NCBI RefSeq assembly: GCF_006345805.1
Contig: NC_043017.1
Location: forward strand, 20,460,001 to 20,524,000
DNA length: 64,000 bases
Origin: Octopus sinensis
Taxonomy: Eukaryota
Reading direction: 5' to 3'
This document shows positions 35,447 to 48,757 of the stretch, in pieces. How positions within the stretch are numbered: the first letter of the stretch is position 1; each line of letters starts with the position of its first letter. Position numbers and translations under genes: made by a program. Below the pieces are notes generated by a model, which worked only from the letters and a program-made list of their open reading frames with translations, was not told the DNA's origin and did not search any database.

Positions 35447-36304
35447 ACTCTTTACTCTTTTACTTGTTTCAGTCATTTGACTGCGGCCATGCTGGAGCAC
35501 CACCTTTAATTGGGACTTATTCTTTGTAAGCCCAGTTCTTATTCTATCGGTCTCTTTTGCCGAACCGCTAAGTGACAGGGACGTAAACACACCAGCATTG
35601 TCAAGCAATGCTAGGGGGACAAACACAGACACATAAACATATACACACACATGCCACCGGCACTGGTAACACATCTGCAATTTCCATTGATCGATTTCCA
35701 TTGATCGAGGATCAGAATTGAAATCGATCAATGGAAATTGATCAATGGAAATTGCAGATGTGTTACCAGTGCCGGTGGCATGTAAGAGAACCTTCCGTTT
35801 CGCGACCGTTGCCAGCATCACCCCGTTTCGTGTCCGTTGCCAGCCTCGCCTGGCCCTCGTGCCAGTGGCACATAAAAAGCACCATCCGTTCGTGGCTGTT
35901 TGCCAGCTCTGTCTGGCACCTGTGCAGGTGGCACGTAAAAAGCACCCACTACACTCTCGGAGTGGTTGGCGTTAGGAAGGGCATCCAGCCGTAGAAACAC
36001 TGCCAGATTTGACTAGGCCTGATGAAGCCTTCTGGCTTCACAGACCCCAGTAGAACCGTCCAAGCCATGCTAGCATGGAAAACGGACGCTAAACGATGAT
36101 GATGATGATGATGATGATACATATATGTATACATATATACGACAGGCTTCTTTCAGTTTCCGTCTACCAAATCCACTCACAAGGCTTTGGTCGGCCTGAG
36201 GCTATAGTAGAAGACACTTGCCCAAGATGCCACGCAGTGGGACTGAATCCGGAACCATGTGGTTGGTAAGCAAGCTACTTACCGCACAGCCACTCCTGCA
36301 CCTA
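35447..36304 (-). mobile_element. SINE-B split by an RTE 3' fragment inserted in its internal microsatellite
   Basis: B 3' half at 35447-35648 and B 5' half at 36119-36304. Family C insert (+) at 35649-36118 ends in (GAT)n. Confidence 0.88.
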
Positions 36305-37020
36305 GTGAAGTTTATTTAATAGGTAAATGCAACACCAATGAACCATCGGGTCTCTGACCATTAGACTGGACATACAATTTGTGACGTGGCCAGCTGCAGC
36401 AATCCTTTGCCATCTATGAATTTATATCATATTTTGCTAATTATAATTAACGATGGAGTTTTTACTAAATCTCATTAAATAGCAGACTTGTGTCTCTTTC
36501 TCTGTCCAGTCCTTGACTGTGAGTGGTTATTTAAAGAACTACAAGTGTTTGGAGGTTTACAGTTCCAGTCAGCTTAATTACTTATGACTAAATTGGTTAA
36601 TGATTAAAAAATAAATAAAAACAAAATAAACACACTTTGTCTTCCATAATCGTTACCCAAAAACTAAAAAATAAAATAATTGGTAACCACTGGTGCCAAC
36701 CAACATTTGTCAGAGAGTATTTTTCACTAATAGGCACAAATACTTAAAATGTATTAATTTTTTTTTTTTTTTTTTTTAGCTTAATAAATTGTTTTGCTAG
36801 TTTAAAACTCATTGATCTGAATGAGTAACGAGTTCTTTGATGACTCAGAGTAAAGGTGGCACTCTGAACGGAAGTCTTGTGTTTTCCCAGAGAGTTCAGA
36901 AACCATGTAAGAGGTTTTTCTCACATTTCTCCATATAACAAAGACTGTGACCAACCTGTTGTACGTAGCATCAGGTGTGGTGTGCAAGAGAGGAGACTGC
37001 GCTGGTAATCATTAACCAAT

Positions 37021-37255
37021 AAGGCGGCGAGCTGGCAGAAGCATTAGCACGCCGGGCGAAATGCTTTGCGGTATTTTGTCTGCCGTTACGTTGTGAGTTC
37101 AAATTCCACCGAGGTCGACTTTGCCTTTCATCCTTTCGGGGTCGATAAATTAAGTACCAATTACGCACTGGGGTCGATGTAATCGACATAATACCTATGT
37201 CTGTCCTTGTTTGTCCCCTCTATGTTTAGCCCCTTGTGGGTAATAAAGAAATAGG
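37021..37255 (+). mobile_element. SINE-A (A2 tail), young-looking
   Basis: aggcggcgagctggcagaagcattagcacgccgggcg...gccccttgtgggtaataaagaaata, with CpGs retained. Confidence 0.9.
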
Positions 37256-37600
37256 TATGGCCATGTAATGCATATGAATGAAGACAGTTGCATCAAGAGG
37301 TGCTGATCTCTAATTGTAGAGGGAACATGTGGAAGGGGTAGACCCAGGAAGACGTGGCACAAAATTATGAAAAAGGATCTACAGATGTTGGGTCTCACAG
37401 GGGGGGGGGGTAAAGGACCAAGACTTCTGGTGGTTTGCTGTGCTTGAAAAGACACATGAAGCTAAGTAGAAGCATGGCTGCCCTTGTATACAGGCATGTC
37501 CCCTGCGACCCTCTCCAGCTGAGCATCCCTAATCTTGTGAATTTGTAAGTGCTGGGGCCATGTAAAGCGCACCCTTGCCAATGCTGAATAAATACAAAAG
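37256..37600 (+). mobile_element. RTE LINE ORF2 C-terminus (pseudogenised) plus UTR
   Basis: Translates YGHVMHMNEDSCIKRC*SLIVEGTCGRGRPRKTWHKIMKKDLQMLGLT...AVLEKTHEAK* (stop 37467-37469). W/YGHV and GRPRKTW are hallmark RTE C-terminal motifs. Confidence 0.88.
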
Positions 37601-37704
37601 ACTTTCTCACCTTCCCGAATATTAAACTAATACACCTGCTTGTTGTTTATACACCTGTCTTCATCTCTTGTTTTTCTGAAAGTTTCAACTACATATATAT
37701 ATAA

Positions 37705-37918
37705 ATGTAGCGAGCTAGCAGAAATGTTAGCATGCTGGGTGAAATGCTTAGCAGTATTTCATCTGTCTTTACATTCTGAGTTCAAATTCTGCCAAGGTCG
37801 ACTTTGCTTTTCATCCTTTCAGGGTCAATAAATTAAGTACCAGCTGCATATTGGGGTCAATCTAATTGACTGGCCCCCTTCCCCCAAAATTTCAGGCCTT
37901 GTGCCTAGAGTAGAAAAG
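37705..37918 (+). mobile_element. SINE-A (A1 tail)
   Basis: Head, central domain and aatttcaggccttgtgcctagagtagaaaag tail. Confidence 0.85.
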
Positions 37919-37977
37919 TATATATATGTAACAATATTAATAAAATAGTAGATGGAATGTGCAACAGACCTTATTAG

Positions 37978-38019
37978 GTACAACACATGTTTCAACCCAT
38001 TCTGGGTCTCTTCAGGTAC
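37978..38019 (-). ncRNA. Minimal type-I hammerhead ribozyme, intact core
   Basis: Minus strand reads gtac-CTGAAGA-gaccc(agaat)gggtt-GAAA-CATGTG-TT-gtac. Stem I gtac/gtac, stem II 5 bp, GUU cleavage triplet. Confidence 0.75.
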
Positions 38020-38221
38020 ATCAATAAAAAGTCTCACTAGAGATTTCTTGAATTGGCTATTTTATTAATACTGTTACCCCAACCGCCACTACGAAGTTCC
38101 TACAGTAAATCTACGGATAACAACAGGTAATCGAAACTGTGCCGGTACTTTACTCATCATCCATTTATACACTTTATACAATTTCTCCATTATCATAATT
38201 TGACACTGAATTATTGGAAGT

Positions 38222-38264
38222 CCACCTGAAGATTGTCGATCAAGACAAGAAACGATTGTAGTGG
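38222..38264 (+). ncRNA. Minimal type-I hammerhead ribozyme, intact core
   Basis: ccac-CTGAAGA-ttgtc(gatcaa)gacaa-GAAA-CGATTG-TA-gtgg. Stem I ccac/gtgg, stem II 5 bp, GUA cleavage triplet (cut after 38260). Confidence 0.8.
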
Positions 38265-38380
38265 CGGTTTTTTTGACTATTTATTAAAATTTTATGTATT
38301 GATTAAGTCTTTCCTTGTTTGTTTTGCAAAATAGTGGTTTTGTCTCGAATAATATTTTATATATATATATATATATATAT

Positions 38381-38530
38381 AGGGAGAGTTTACGAAAAAA
38401 ACAGAAGACGAAGACAGGTGATGTACAAAACAAACAGATGTATTAGTATAATGCTCAGGAATAGAAAAAAGTCTTCCACATTTCGAGCCTATGCTCTTCT
38501 ACAGAAAGGGACATAGAAAAAGCAAGGAGA
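38381..38530 (-). mobile_element. Family H element with decayed variant hammerhead (38472-38509)
   Basis: Minus strand reads cccttt-CTGTAGA-A-gagc(atag)gctc-GAAA-TG-TG-gaaga. Confidence 0.7.
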
Positions 38531-38549
38531 GAAAAAAGGAGATATATAA

Positions 38550-38580
<31 letters not shown>

Positions 38581-38867
38581 GTAGAAATATGTTACAAAAA
38601 GAAAATATAAAATACATGTGGAAATGTAAGGGTAAAATATGAAAAATCAACGAAAATGCACATTGCAAATAAAAAAAGGCTATTTATGACGGGTAACGAC
38701 AAATATATACATTTAGAGTGACTGAGGTAGTAATACGAGTCATAAAAGTCATTATTACGAGATGATTAAAAGATGATAATAAAGTAAGAGAACAAAACGG
38801 ACCATGGTTTACGCAAAGCTATTCATCGCTTGAAAAACACAGGCTAATACACGGTGTAGGATGTGTG

Positions 38868-38905
<38 letters not shown>

Positions 38906-39834
38906 CACACATCCTATGAATTTTTCCCATGCAATTCTGCATGCAAACTTTGGTAACATCCCATATTCCTTCCTTACTCTATCTTTGATATAAACACATT
39001 CGTTATGATATATATACCTATTGACCCCTTGATCCATTTCCTTGCAACTGCATTATGAATGGAATTTTTAACAATAGTCGTACATATCAGGCTTGCAAAC
39101 TCTAGTTTATGCTTCAATCTGGCCCTGCAAAACCAAACAGAATTTGATGCCCCTGTTCTATAAGGATCCTATGAGGATTAAGAAAAAAAAACATGATAAA
39201 TAATAAATAAAAATAAAGGCCTCACTTCACTTCCTGATTTTATAGATGGTAATTAAAAGAGTTAATGAACAAGTCAGCTGTGAAAATAGAGGAATACCTA
39301 CTCCAAGAACAGGTTCATTCAACCTAGCTCCCAATATAAATAACAGAAAAGAGGTGGGGGTGGGAAGGTTAAAAGAAAAGAAGGGAAATGCAAGGATGTT
39401 TATCTAACATAAGGGTTCACAGCATCTTCAAATTCCCAAGATGCTCTTCAATAAATCTGCCCCCTTCCTTGTATAGCAAAATCAAAAGGACAGCTACTTG
39501 GTTGGGTTTAATCTCCAAAGCTATCTCGACCAGAAAGAGGCGTTTGTATTGGTGTTGTTGTTTGTTGGTGTTGTTGTTTAGCCCATGGTTAGCCCTGATC
39601 CAGTTGATGTATGATCAAAAGTATTTCAGCTGTGACCATTATGCATATGGATATGTGCGTGTGTGCACATGCAGTGTGTGTTGGCACAATGTGCCATTTG
39701 GGTAAGAGGCACACTTCATAACTACAACATCCCGGGTTCAATATATATATATATAATATATAATGCATATTATATATATGTGTGTGTGTAATGTATAATG
39801 CATATTGTATATATATATATATATATATATATAA

Positions 39835-39995
39835 AGGGTAAGTTTACGAAAATAAACAAAAGACGAAGGCAGGTGGAGTACAAACAAACAAATGTATTAG
39901 TATAACGCTCAGGAATAGAAAAAAGCCTTTTACGTTTCGAGCCTACGCTCTTCAACAGAAAGATACACAGAAAAAAACAAGGAGAGAAAAAAAAA
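39835..39995 (-). mobile_element. Family H element with variant hammerhead (39926-39963)
   Basis: Minus strand reads tcttt-CTGTTGA-A-gagc(gtag)gctc-GAAA-CG-TA-aaagg. Confidence 0.72.
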
Positions 39996-40980
39996 GAGAA
40001 AAAAAATACGTGTAGGAGCTAACGATCTATCATGGCTTCCTGACTGATATATATATATATAAGGTGAGCTGGTAGAATCGTTAGCAAGCAGGGTGAAATG
40101 CTTAGTGGTATTTCATCTACCACTACATTCTGAGTTCAAATTCCACAGAGGTTGACTATATATATATATATATTATATATATATATATATATACATACAC
40201 ACACACTCCTGCATATTCCAGTAAAGTTTAACTTGAACTACATTATCCAATTGTCTGTCACTTTTGTGCTAATGATGATACCATGTAATACAATGAAGGT
40301 TTAGCTGCTATTTCTAACAAGTTAAATGACTGCATCTAGGCTCCTATATTGACTCGTCCTCAACTGTGCCATTGTTCCTGACTGTTCTGCTGATATGGTT
40401 GTATCAGTTTCTACAATTAAACTGCGATTTCTATAAATTGCACTTTCACTTCAAACAGTTCGTCTCTGTCTTAAGACGTACTTGAATCACTTATATTACT
40501 TCCTGACCTGTTGTTGATGAACCACAGCAGAGAGCAGCACCAATCAATAGAACATAGGACACATACACTTGCATACAGAGATACACACACACATACACAT
40601 GCATGTATATATACACACATACACAAAAATACATACATCCATATATCCGATGATGATGATATATACATATATGTTTGTGTGTGTGTGTATATATGTATAT
40701 ATATATATATGTATATGTGCATAACATATACATATTTATAGACATATAAATACATATGCATATATTCAAACATATATACACACATACATGTGTGTGTAAT
40801 AAACATAGGCATATGCATATTATAATGTGTGTGTGTATTATCTGTATATATATAATATATTTTGAAAACAACCATTGTCTTGAAATCTAGCACATATGCT
40901 CTCAAAAGTGGCACATATGCATATATATACATACATATATAAAATATGTATAAAGATATATATACACATGGTATGTATGT

Positions 40981-41049
<69 letters not shown>

Positions 41050-41153
41050 GAAGATACATAAGCGCACCTGAGTCTACAAACACATACACTCATATAGATA
41101 GATGCATACATGGCATTATACATACATACACTACATAGACACAGATCTACCAC

Positions 41154-41184
<31 letters not shown>

Positions 41185-42903
41185 TATTCCATTCTCCTTT
41201 CGACACTTTTCCCTGATAATATTTAGAGAATCTATTCACGGCATTCACTCTGCCTTTTCTTAAAACGCAACATAACACAATCTCTTCAATTGAAACCATT
41301 AAACACACCGAACGATTCCAAGACAAAAGGAGGAATGGTTTTTGGAACTCCCTAACACAACTACAAAGAGCTGAACTGTTGAAGAAACAGGCAGAGTTTC
41401 TTTTCAACTCTTTTACAGCCTGGAATTTTATTTCGGAGAGAAATTAAACTGCTAAATATCGCAGTTGTGTAAGATGGCATATTTTGAAGTAATCTTCTTC
41501 AAACGCAAGTACATCCATATATATATTACCTGTGTGCATATGTATATATATATACACAAACACATATTTAAAATACACATAAATGCATACACCTACATAT
41601 ACATATATACACATGCAACTATATATGCATATATACATACATATATATATATATATATATACACATATATACACACATTCTTATTCTTTTATTTGTTTCA
41701 GCCATTTGTTTATTCTTTGTAAGCCTAGTACTTATTCTATCAGTCTCTTTTGCCGAACCGCTAAGTTACAGGGACGTAAACACACCAGACACACACACAT
41801 CTATATTGATGTGTGTTTGTATTAATATGTATATAATACACAAACATGAGATCTATCTATACACACACACAGAGAAAGGGACAGAGAATGAGAAGGAGGG
41901 GAAAGTTAGAGAGATGGATACACCGAAAGGAGCAGTAGGGGGTGGGGAACCCCTCACTTTCTTACTCATTTCAACAACACCTTGCCCACAACACCATCAC
42001 CTTCATGGAAGGACCCTACTCTCTCATCCAGCCCACCTATCCACCTATCCACCCAACCAGTGGCCCTTACTTTTAACCCCTTATTTACTTGGTCATTGAC
42101 AGGTTCATATCAGTGTCCCTTTCTCGTAGCTGACCTGACACCATGTTGCCACCCCCACCGCCTCCATCTCCCCACCCCCATAACTTCCTACGCCACCACC
42201 ACCACCACCAGTGGTTCCACTCATCAGGCAAGTCAAGCAACATTCTAGTTAGTGACTCCAGTGATCCAAACCCATGAACCCAGCTGTGACTGGTTCAAAT
42301 CAGTCCTCCTTCTCTCTCTTACCATCTCTCTCTCTCTCTCTCTCTTACCATCTCTCTCTTTCTCTCTCTCTCTCTCTCTGGAAATGTCAAACCATGAAGT
42401 TTTACCATCTATCTTCACTCTCTTGCTCACAACATCATCATATAACCACCGAAACAGACCTTCATCCCCTAACTCTGATACTTAACTGCCCTTTGAACTG
42501 TAGGCTACAGGACAGGGTCCCTCACCCACTCCTCTGATACCCCGTAGGGGTTGTGGGTGTTGGGGTTGTGGGTGTTGGGGTTGGAAAGGAATTTTACTTC
42601 TCAAATAACCATAAACATCACAGATTTTCTTTTCTTTCTTTTATATTTTTATGCCCACCTTTCTACCTTTCTATCTATCTATCTATCTATCTATATCTAT
42701 CTATCTATCTATCTATCTATATCCCTGAGCGTGCGTGTGTGTGTGATGTGTGTGTGTGTGTGTATCCTCCTCCAGGCCCCATCTATACAACAACAACAAC
42801 AACATATATCAGTTGTCAGTCACCACAAATCTAATTAGCAATCTTGTGTCATTTTACAGTAAAGTGAGGGATTGTAATTATACACACACACACAAGCACA
42901 CAC

Positions 42904-42940
<37 letters not shown>

Positions 42941-43894
42941 AATCAAAAATGGAAAACAGAAAAAAACAAGAACAAAAGTCAATTAGTTGATACGCAGTGA
43001 ATATATTAGGCTGACACTCAATGAAGGTTCTAGACGGAAGAATAAGAGTAGAACTAACTAGAAACGATGTTTTGGTCATGGCTCTTCATTAGAAGAGGAA
43101 AAACTCCAGAGAAGAGGAAAAAGAGGAAGGAGCAGATAGTCTGGAGAAAAGCACAGGTGCTGTTACATGGCCGGAAAGTAACTAAATATGTGTGTGTGTG
43201 TGTGTATGTGTGTGCACGCATTTGCGCATGCATACATATGTTTCTATATGTATGTATATGTGTTACTCATTTTTGTTATAAAGATTCTGCTTCTTTGTTT
43301 GCTTGTTGCTGGTGTTTATTTTATTTTATTTTATTGCATATTTTTGTTGATTGTTTTGGTTTCCTTCCTAGTTTAGTTTTGGGAAGACCGACACACATGG
43401 TTCATTCTGTCAGAAATTAAATACAAATTCAATCTCTACAAAAGTTCAAGACTTATTTAGAATTTTGGGGAGTATTTCTACTTGGTTTGTTTTTCTGTAT
43501 TTTGTTTAACCCTAGGTCAATCTTCAATGAGTAAATTTATAACAAAAGGCATTCCAGTTTCAGTGTTTCTCAAGTATTTTTCGTCTACAGATCCCTTTTA
43601 TTCTTGTTTTATTTGGGTTGACCCTCAAAGCCATTTAGCGTTTTAAAAATTCTCATTATACTCTTACAATTAACTATTATTAGGAAGGGTTTAAAAAATT
43701 GGTTTTAATATTTTGTGCATTGCAGAAGAATAACCAATTTATTGCCAATAAATTTTAACAACAAAATCTTATATGGACCCCTAAAAGTCATGTGGACCTT
43801 GGTTGGGAACCTCTGAATTTCATTTTCATGTGTAGGGTGTTTTAAGCTACAATGTCAAATGGAATTGCTTATACTATTATCATTCTTTTTTTTT

Positions 43895-44278
43895 CTTTTT
43901 ATGTTTCAGTCATTTTAACTGTGGCCATACTGGAGCACTGCCAGTAGTTGAACAAATTGATCCCAGGACTTATTCTTTGTAAGCCTAGTACTTGTTCTAT
44001 TGGTTACTTTTGATGAACTGCTAAGTTACGTGGACTCTAGCATACAAACATCAGTTGTCAAACATATACATGCATATATATATATAAATAGGTATATATA
44101 TATATATATATATAAATAGGTATATATATATAAATAGGTATATATATATATATATATATATGAAGGGCTTCTTTCAGTTTCCGTCTACTAAATCCACTCA
44201 CAAAGCTTTGGTTGGCTATAGTAGAAGATGCATGTGCGAGGTGTCAGACAGCGGGACTGAACCCAGAACTATGTGGTC
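43895..44278 (-). mobile_element. SINE-B, diverged
   Basis: Family B core and tail with internal (TA)n. Confidence 0.8.
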
Positions 44279-44279
44279 G

Positions 44280-44319
<40 letters not shown>

Positions 44320-44538
44320 TAGGCAGCGAGCTGCCTAATATAATAATAATTGTTAGCAGAATCGTTAGCATGCTGGATGAAATGCTTAGTGGTATTTCAC
44401 TCATCGCTACATTCTGAGTTCAAATTCCGCCAAGGGGTTGATAAATTAAGTACCAGTGAAACACTGGGGGGGTTGATGTAATCGACTTACCCCCTCCCCC
44501 CTAAATTTCAGGCCTTGTGCCTATAGTAGAAAGGATTA

Positions 44539-44545
<7 letters not shown>
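44320..44545 (+). mobile_element. SINE-A (A1) between (TTA)n tracts
   Basis: aggcagcgagctg head interrupted by a (TAA) run, with A1 tail. Confidence 0.8.
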
Positions 44546-44575
<30 letters not shown>

Positions 44576-45317
44576 CATTATTTTAGCTGGTATAGGCATT
44601 ACTGTGTGGTTAAGAAGTTTACTTCACATGTTGAACGCTTTGGGTTCAATCCTGGCGTGTGGTATATGGAAAAGTAAATGAGACGGTCATGCATTGAATA
44701 TCTTTAATCATAGATCTGTTTGATCAGGTCTGACCTAGGGCTAAACGGCAACAATTTGAGAGATGTGCAATCAGTTGGGTGAGGTTACAATCCAAGCTAC
44801 AAAGAAAAAAAATTGCAATGGTCATGCATGGAATGAACACCTTTGATCATAGCTCTGTCTGACCAGGGATGACCGACCAGGGACTTAACAACAACAACAA
44901 CAAGGTTTATTTTGTTCTGCCATTTTCAGCCACGTGGTGCCACCTATATATACTTTACACTGTTATATTGGCACACTTAAGATTCTTAAACTTCCTGTTT
45001 ACCAAGTCTGAGAGTTAGTCTTTCAAATTTTACTTTCAAAATGTTACTGCTTAATTCTAGCACTTATTTAAATACTTAAGTCATCTCTGATAAAAAAAAA
45101 AAAAAAGACCAATCCAACTACATACCTACTCACCTACCTTCCTACCTACCTACCTACCTACTGAACTTCCTCCCGACCCAACCTTCTCGTCAAATGATGA
45201 TACCCCACCTTCAATTTACTCATTTAATTCTCTAGTTTTGCAAATATTTAATATCAATCTTGTATCAATTACACCCACGTACATCCTCTGTGTCTCACGC
45301 ATTCACTCTGCTATACA

Positions 45318-45368
<51 letters not shown>

Positions 45369-45503
45369 CACATACATACATACGTAATTTACATACATAC
45401 ATATATTATGCATATATATATACATACATACATATATATACATACATACATATATATATACATACATACATACATATATATACATACATATGTATATACA
45501 TAC

Positions 45504-45537
<34 letters not shown>

Positions 45538-45643
45538 ATATATACATACATACATACATATATATATACATATATATATATACATACTATATATATATAT
45601 ATATACATACATACATATATACATACATACATATGAATCTTGG

Positions 45644-45684
45644 GGTTAGTAGCCTACGCTCTTAACCACTACGCCATATGCCCG
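45644..45684 (-). mobile_element. Isolated tRNA-like head identical in type to 33696-33740
   Basis: Reverse complement cgggcatatggcgtagtggttaagagcgtaggctactaaccccaagattc, truncated by microsatellite. Confidence 0.7.
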
Positions 45685-46757
45685 TTCTATATTGATGTTC
45701 TTTAACATCAGTGCCTGATCCAACAAGTTTACGATCAAATGTGTTCTAGACGTGACCATCCATCATACTTTTTTCATTTTTCTTAGGAGTGCATTTATCA
45801 AAGATTGGATACTAGGAGTACTATGCAGTCACTTTACATATTGGAAATAGCAGCTAAATCTCCTTCAAAGAAAAGATAATTTAAACGATATAGTTAGTTA
45901 TGGAGGAATGGTCAGAGTTGTAATGCTTCCTATCATGGGTTTGCATGTTCAAGGATGGTCTGCACGATCAAGGATGGGGCTAAATAACAATAACTAGATT
46001 TTTTTCAATGTGTCCTTCATTTTAAAGACAGTAGAGTGGGATTTGAGGGAAATTTTTTCTACTATTTCTAGTATATTGAACGGATGAAATAGAGACACAT
46101 ACATACACACCTCGCTTGCTCTTGTTAGCTTCAACACTTACCAAGCTGTCTGTCAGAATAAATACCAGAACACTGGGGAATGTTGCCTGAGAGTGACTGG
46201 TGTTCTCTCCAGGGACGAGATATAATATTTATGTCTCATCCGCTTCATGGCATGAAACCAGGTCAGAGATGGAGGCACGTGAAACACTTTTATATATATT
46301 TTATATATATGTATATACACACACCACACACAAGTACATATATACATATATATACATATATATATGCATGAGTTAAGGAATGGAGAAAGTAATACTGGGC
46401 TACACATACGTGTGTGTGGAAGTATTATGCATACATGCAACTTCTATAATAACAATTTTACACAATAATTTGGTCCACAACCTCTAGGATCAAAGATATT
46501 CCAGCCATGAACATCCCACCTGATATTCAGAGTCAGTGTATCTAGGACTGCATTATCCAATGTAGTCTGTACTTTTCTAATTTTCTCTATCTCATTTATT
46601 TTTTTTATATATATATATTCTTTATGATGGTAGGATGTATGGCATGGGAGGTATAATTGGCTGTTATCTTCAGCAGGTCAACTGACCATGTAATGGTTTT
46701 CTCTTGTTGGTGCTGCTTTATTTTGTAAAGCAATTTAAATGGTTCAGACTACATTCC

Positions 46758-46988
46758 TATTTCTTTATTACCCACAAGGGGCTAAACATAGAGGGGACAA
46801 ACAAGGACATACATAGGTATTAAGTCGATTACATCGACCCCAGTATGGAACAAGTACTTAAATTATCGACCCCGAAAGGATGAAAGGCAAAGTCAACCTT
46901 GGCGGAATTTGAACTCACAATGTAGTGATAGACGAAATACCGCTAAGCATTTCGCCCGGCGTGCTAACGATTCTGCCAGCTCGCCGCC
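46758..46988 (-). mobile_element. SINE-A (A2) with 15-bp TSD
   Basis: TSD ttcagactacattcc at 46743-46757 and 46989-47003. Confidence 0.92.
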
Positions 46989-47537
46989 TTCAGACTACAT
47001 TCCACATCATCATCATCATCATCTGTTTTTATGATGAAGGCCTCCCCATCATCAGATTTCATGAACACCATCCCTATTATTAGTTATCATCATCATCATC
47101 ATAACTGCTATTATCAAGTATCATCATGATTGCGGTAAGTACTGCTGCTGCTATCACTATAACCACTACCACCAGCACCATCATCATCATCGTTGTCGTC
47201 CTCCCCACAACGACGACCACGACCATGACCACCACCACCACCACCACCACCACCACCACCACATGTCCTCGTGTTGTGACATCTGATACGACACCTCTGC
47301 TCAGCTGGCATTGCTTTCAGTTTCTGCGGAAGTACAAAAGTACAGAAGTATGCAGGGGCATGGCACGTATGGAAGAAAGACAAGAGCGTTTACAAGAAGA
47401 ACCCTGCTTAAAATGAAATAAAAACTCATGGAACACCGACCCCCAGACAACACACACACACACACAATACCTACATATGCAGAAACTAAATTGTGCATAA
47501 CACAACGCTATATTTTACAACTAATACTAATAATAGA

Positions 47538-47574
<37 letters not shown>

Positions 47575-47645
47575 TAATAATAATAATTATGATGATGATA
47601 ATAAAATAATAATAATATGATGATGATGATGATGATGATGATGAT

Positions 47646-47745
47646 NNNNNNNNNNNNNNNNNNNNNNNNNNNNNNNNNNNNNNNNNNNNNNNNNNNNNNN
47701 NNNNNNNNNNNNNNNNNNNNNNNNNNNNNNNNNNNNNNNNNNNNN
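47646..47745. other. Assembly gap (100 N)
   Basis: Exactly 100 Ns between (GAT)n and (GATA)n tracts. The true distance and orientation across it are unknown. Confidence 0.98.
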
Positions 47746-47800
<55 letters not shown>

Positions 47801-47802
47801 GC

Positions 47803-47852
<50 letters not shown>

Positions 47853-47925
47853 CCAGATAGACAGACTGACAGATAGATAGATAGATAGATAGATAGATAG
47901 CCAGACAACAGACAGATAGACAGAC

Positions 47926-47960
<35 letters not shown>

Positions 47961-48716
47961 CAGATAGATAGATAGACAGACATACAGATAGACACATAGA
48001 TAGATAGATAGACAAAGACCGACAGAAGGGCTGTGTGTGTGAATGTGGTAGATAAATTGATAAATAGGCAGAGAGATAAGGTAGAGAGAGAAAGAAGTAC
48101 GCGAGAGAGAGAGAGAGAGAAACAGATTGAATAGTATAAAGAGATAGAGTAGTTTATTGATAGATTGAGAGAGAGATGAAGCTATATGCGAGAGATGAAT
48201 GGATAGAGAGAGAAAAAGAGAAGGGTGTGTATGTGTGACAGAGAAAGAGAGCTGTGTGTGTGTGTGATTAATAGATAGATAGGGAGAGAAAGAATCTTTG
48301 AAAGAAGTGTGTATGTGTGTGTATGATAGATGCATAAAGAGAGAGAGAGAAGTATCTGGGTGTGATAGATAGATAGATAGATAGAGGAACTGACAAATGG
48401 ATGGAAAGAGAGGGGGAGTTTTAGAAAAGGCGGTAAGAATCTCCATTAGTCAGTCTGACAGTCACACTGACAGACAGCCATTGCCAACTGTTATAGGGCA
48501 AGAGAATTTCTGAAGTGGTCTGCTACAGGTCTTAGGCTTTGGTAAATTTATCAGTGTGGGAGTGAGAGAACGGAAAGGGAGAGAGAGATGAAGAGAAAGA
48601 AAGAAATTCTGTGGCGTGGTGGCGGCGGCGGTGCTGGTTACAAGTTAGGGAAGCATGGAAATACAGAACATACATACATACATATCCATCTATCTATCTA
48701 TCTATCTATCTATCTA

Positions 48717-48757
<41 letters not shown>

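Noticed and set aside
36891-36906. 16-nt microexon (gttttcccag|...|gtaaga)
   Set aside because: It is frame-shifting and has no supporting exon context.
38081-38135. Possible extra degenerate hammerhead on the minus strand (CTGTTGT...GAAC-TTC-GTA-gtgg)
   Set aside because: It has two core defects and no convincing stem II. Only the 12-bp complementarity to 38258-38269 is retained as an observation.
43067-43200. Purine-rich ORF start (MFWSWLFIRRGKTPEKRKKRKEQ...)
   Set aside because: It is low-complexity GA-rich sequence running into (TG)n, with no recognisable homology.
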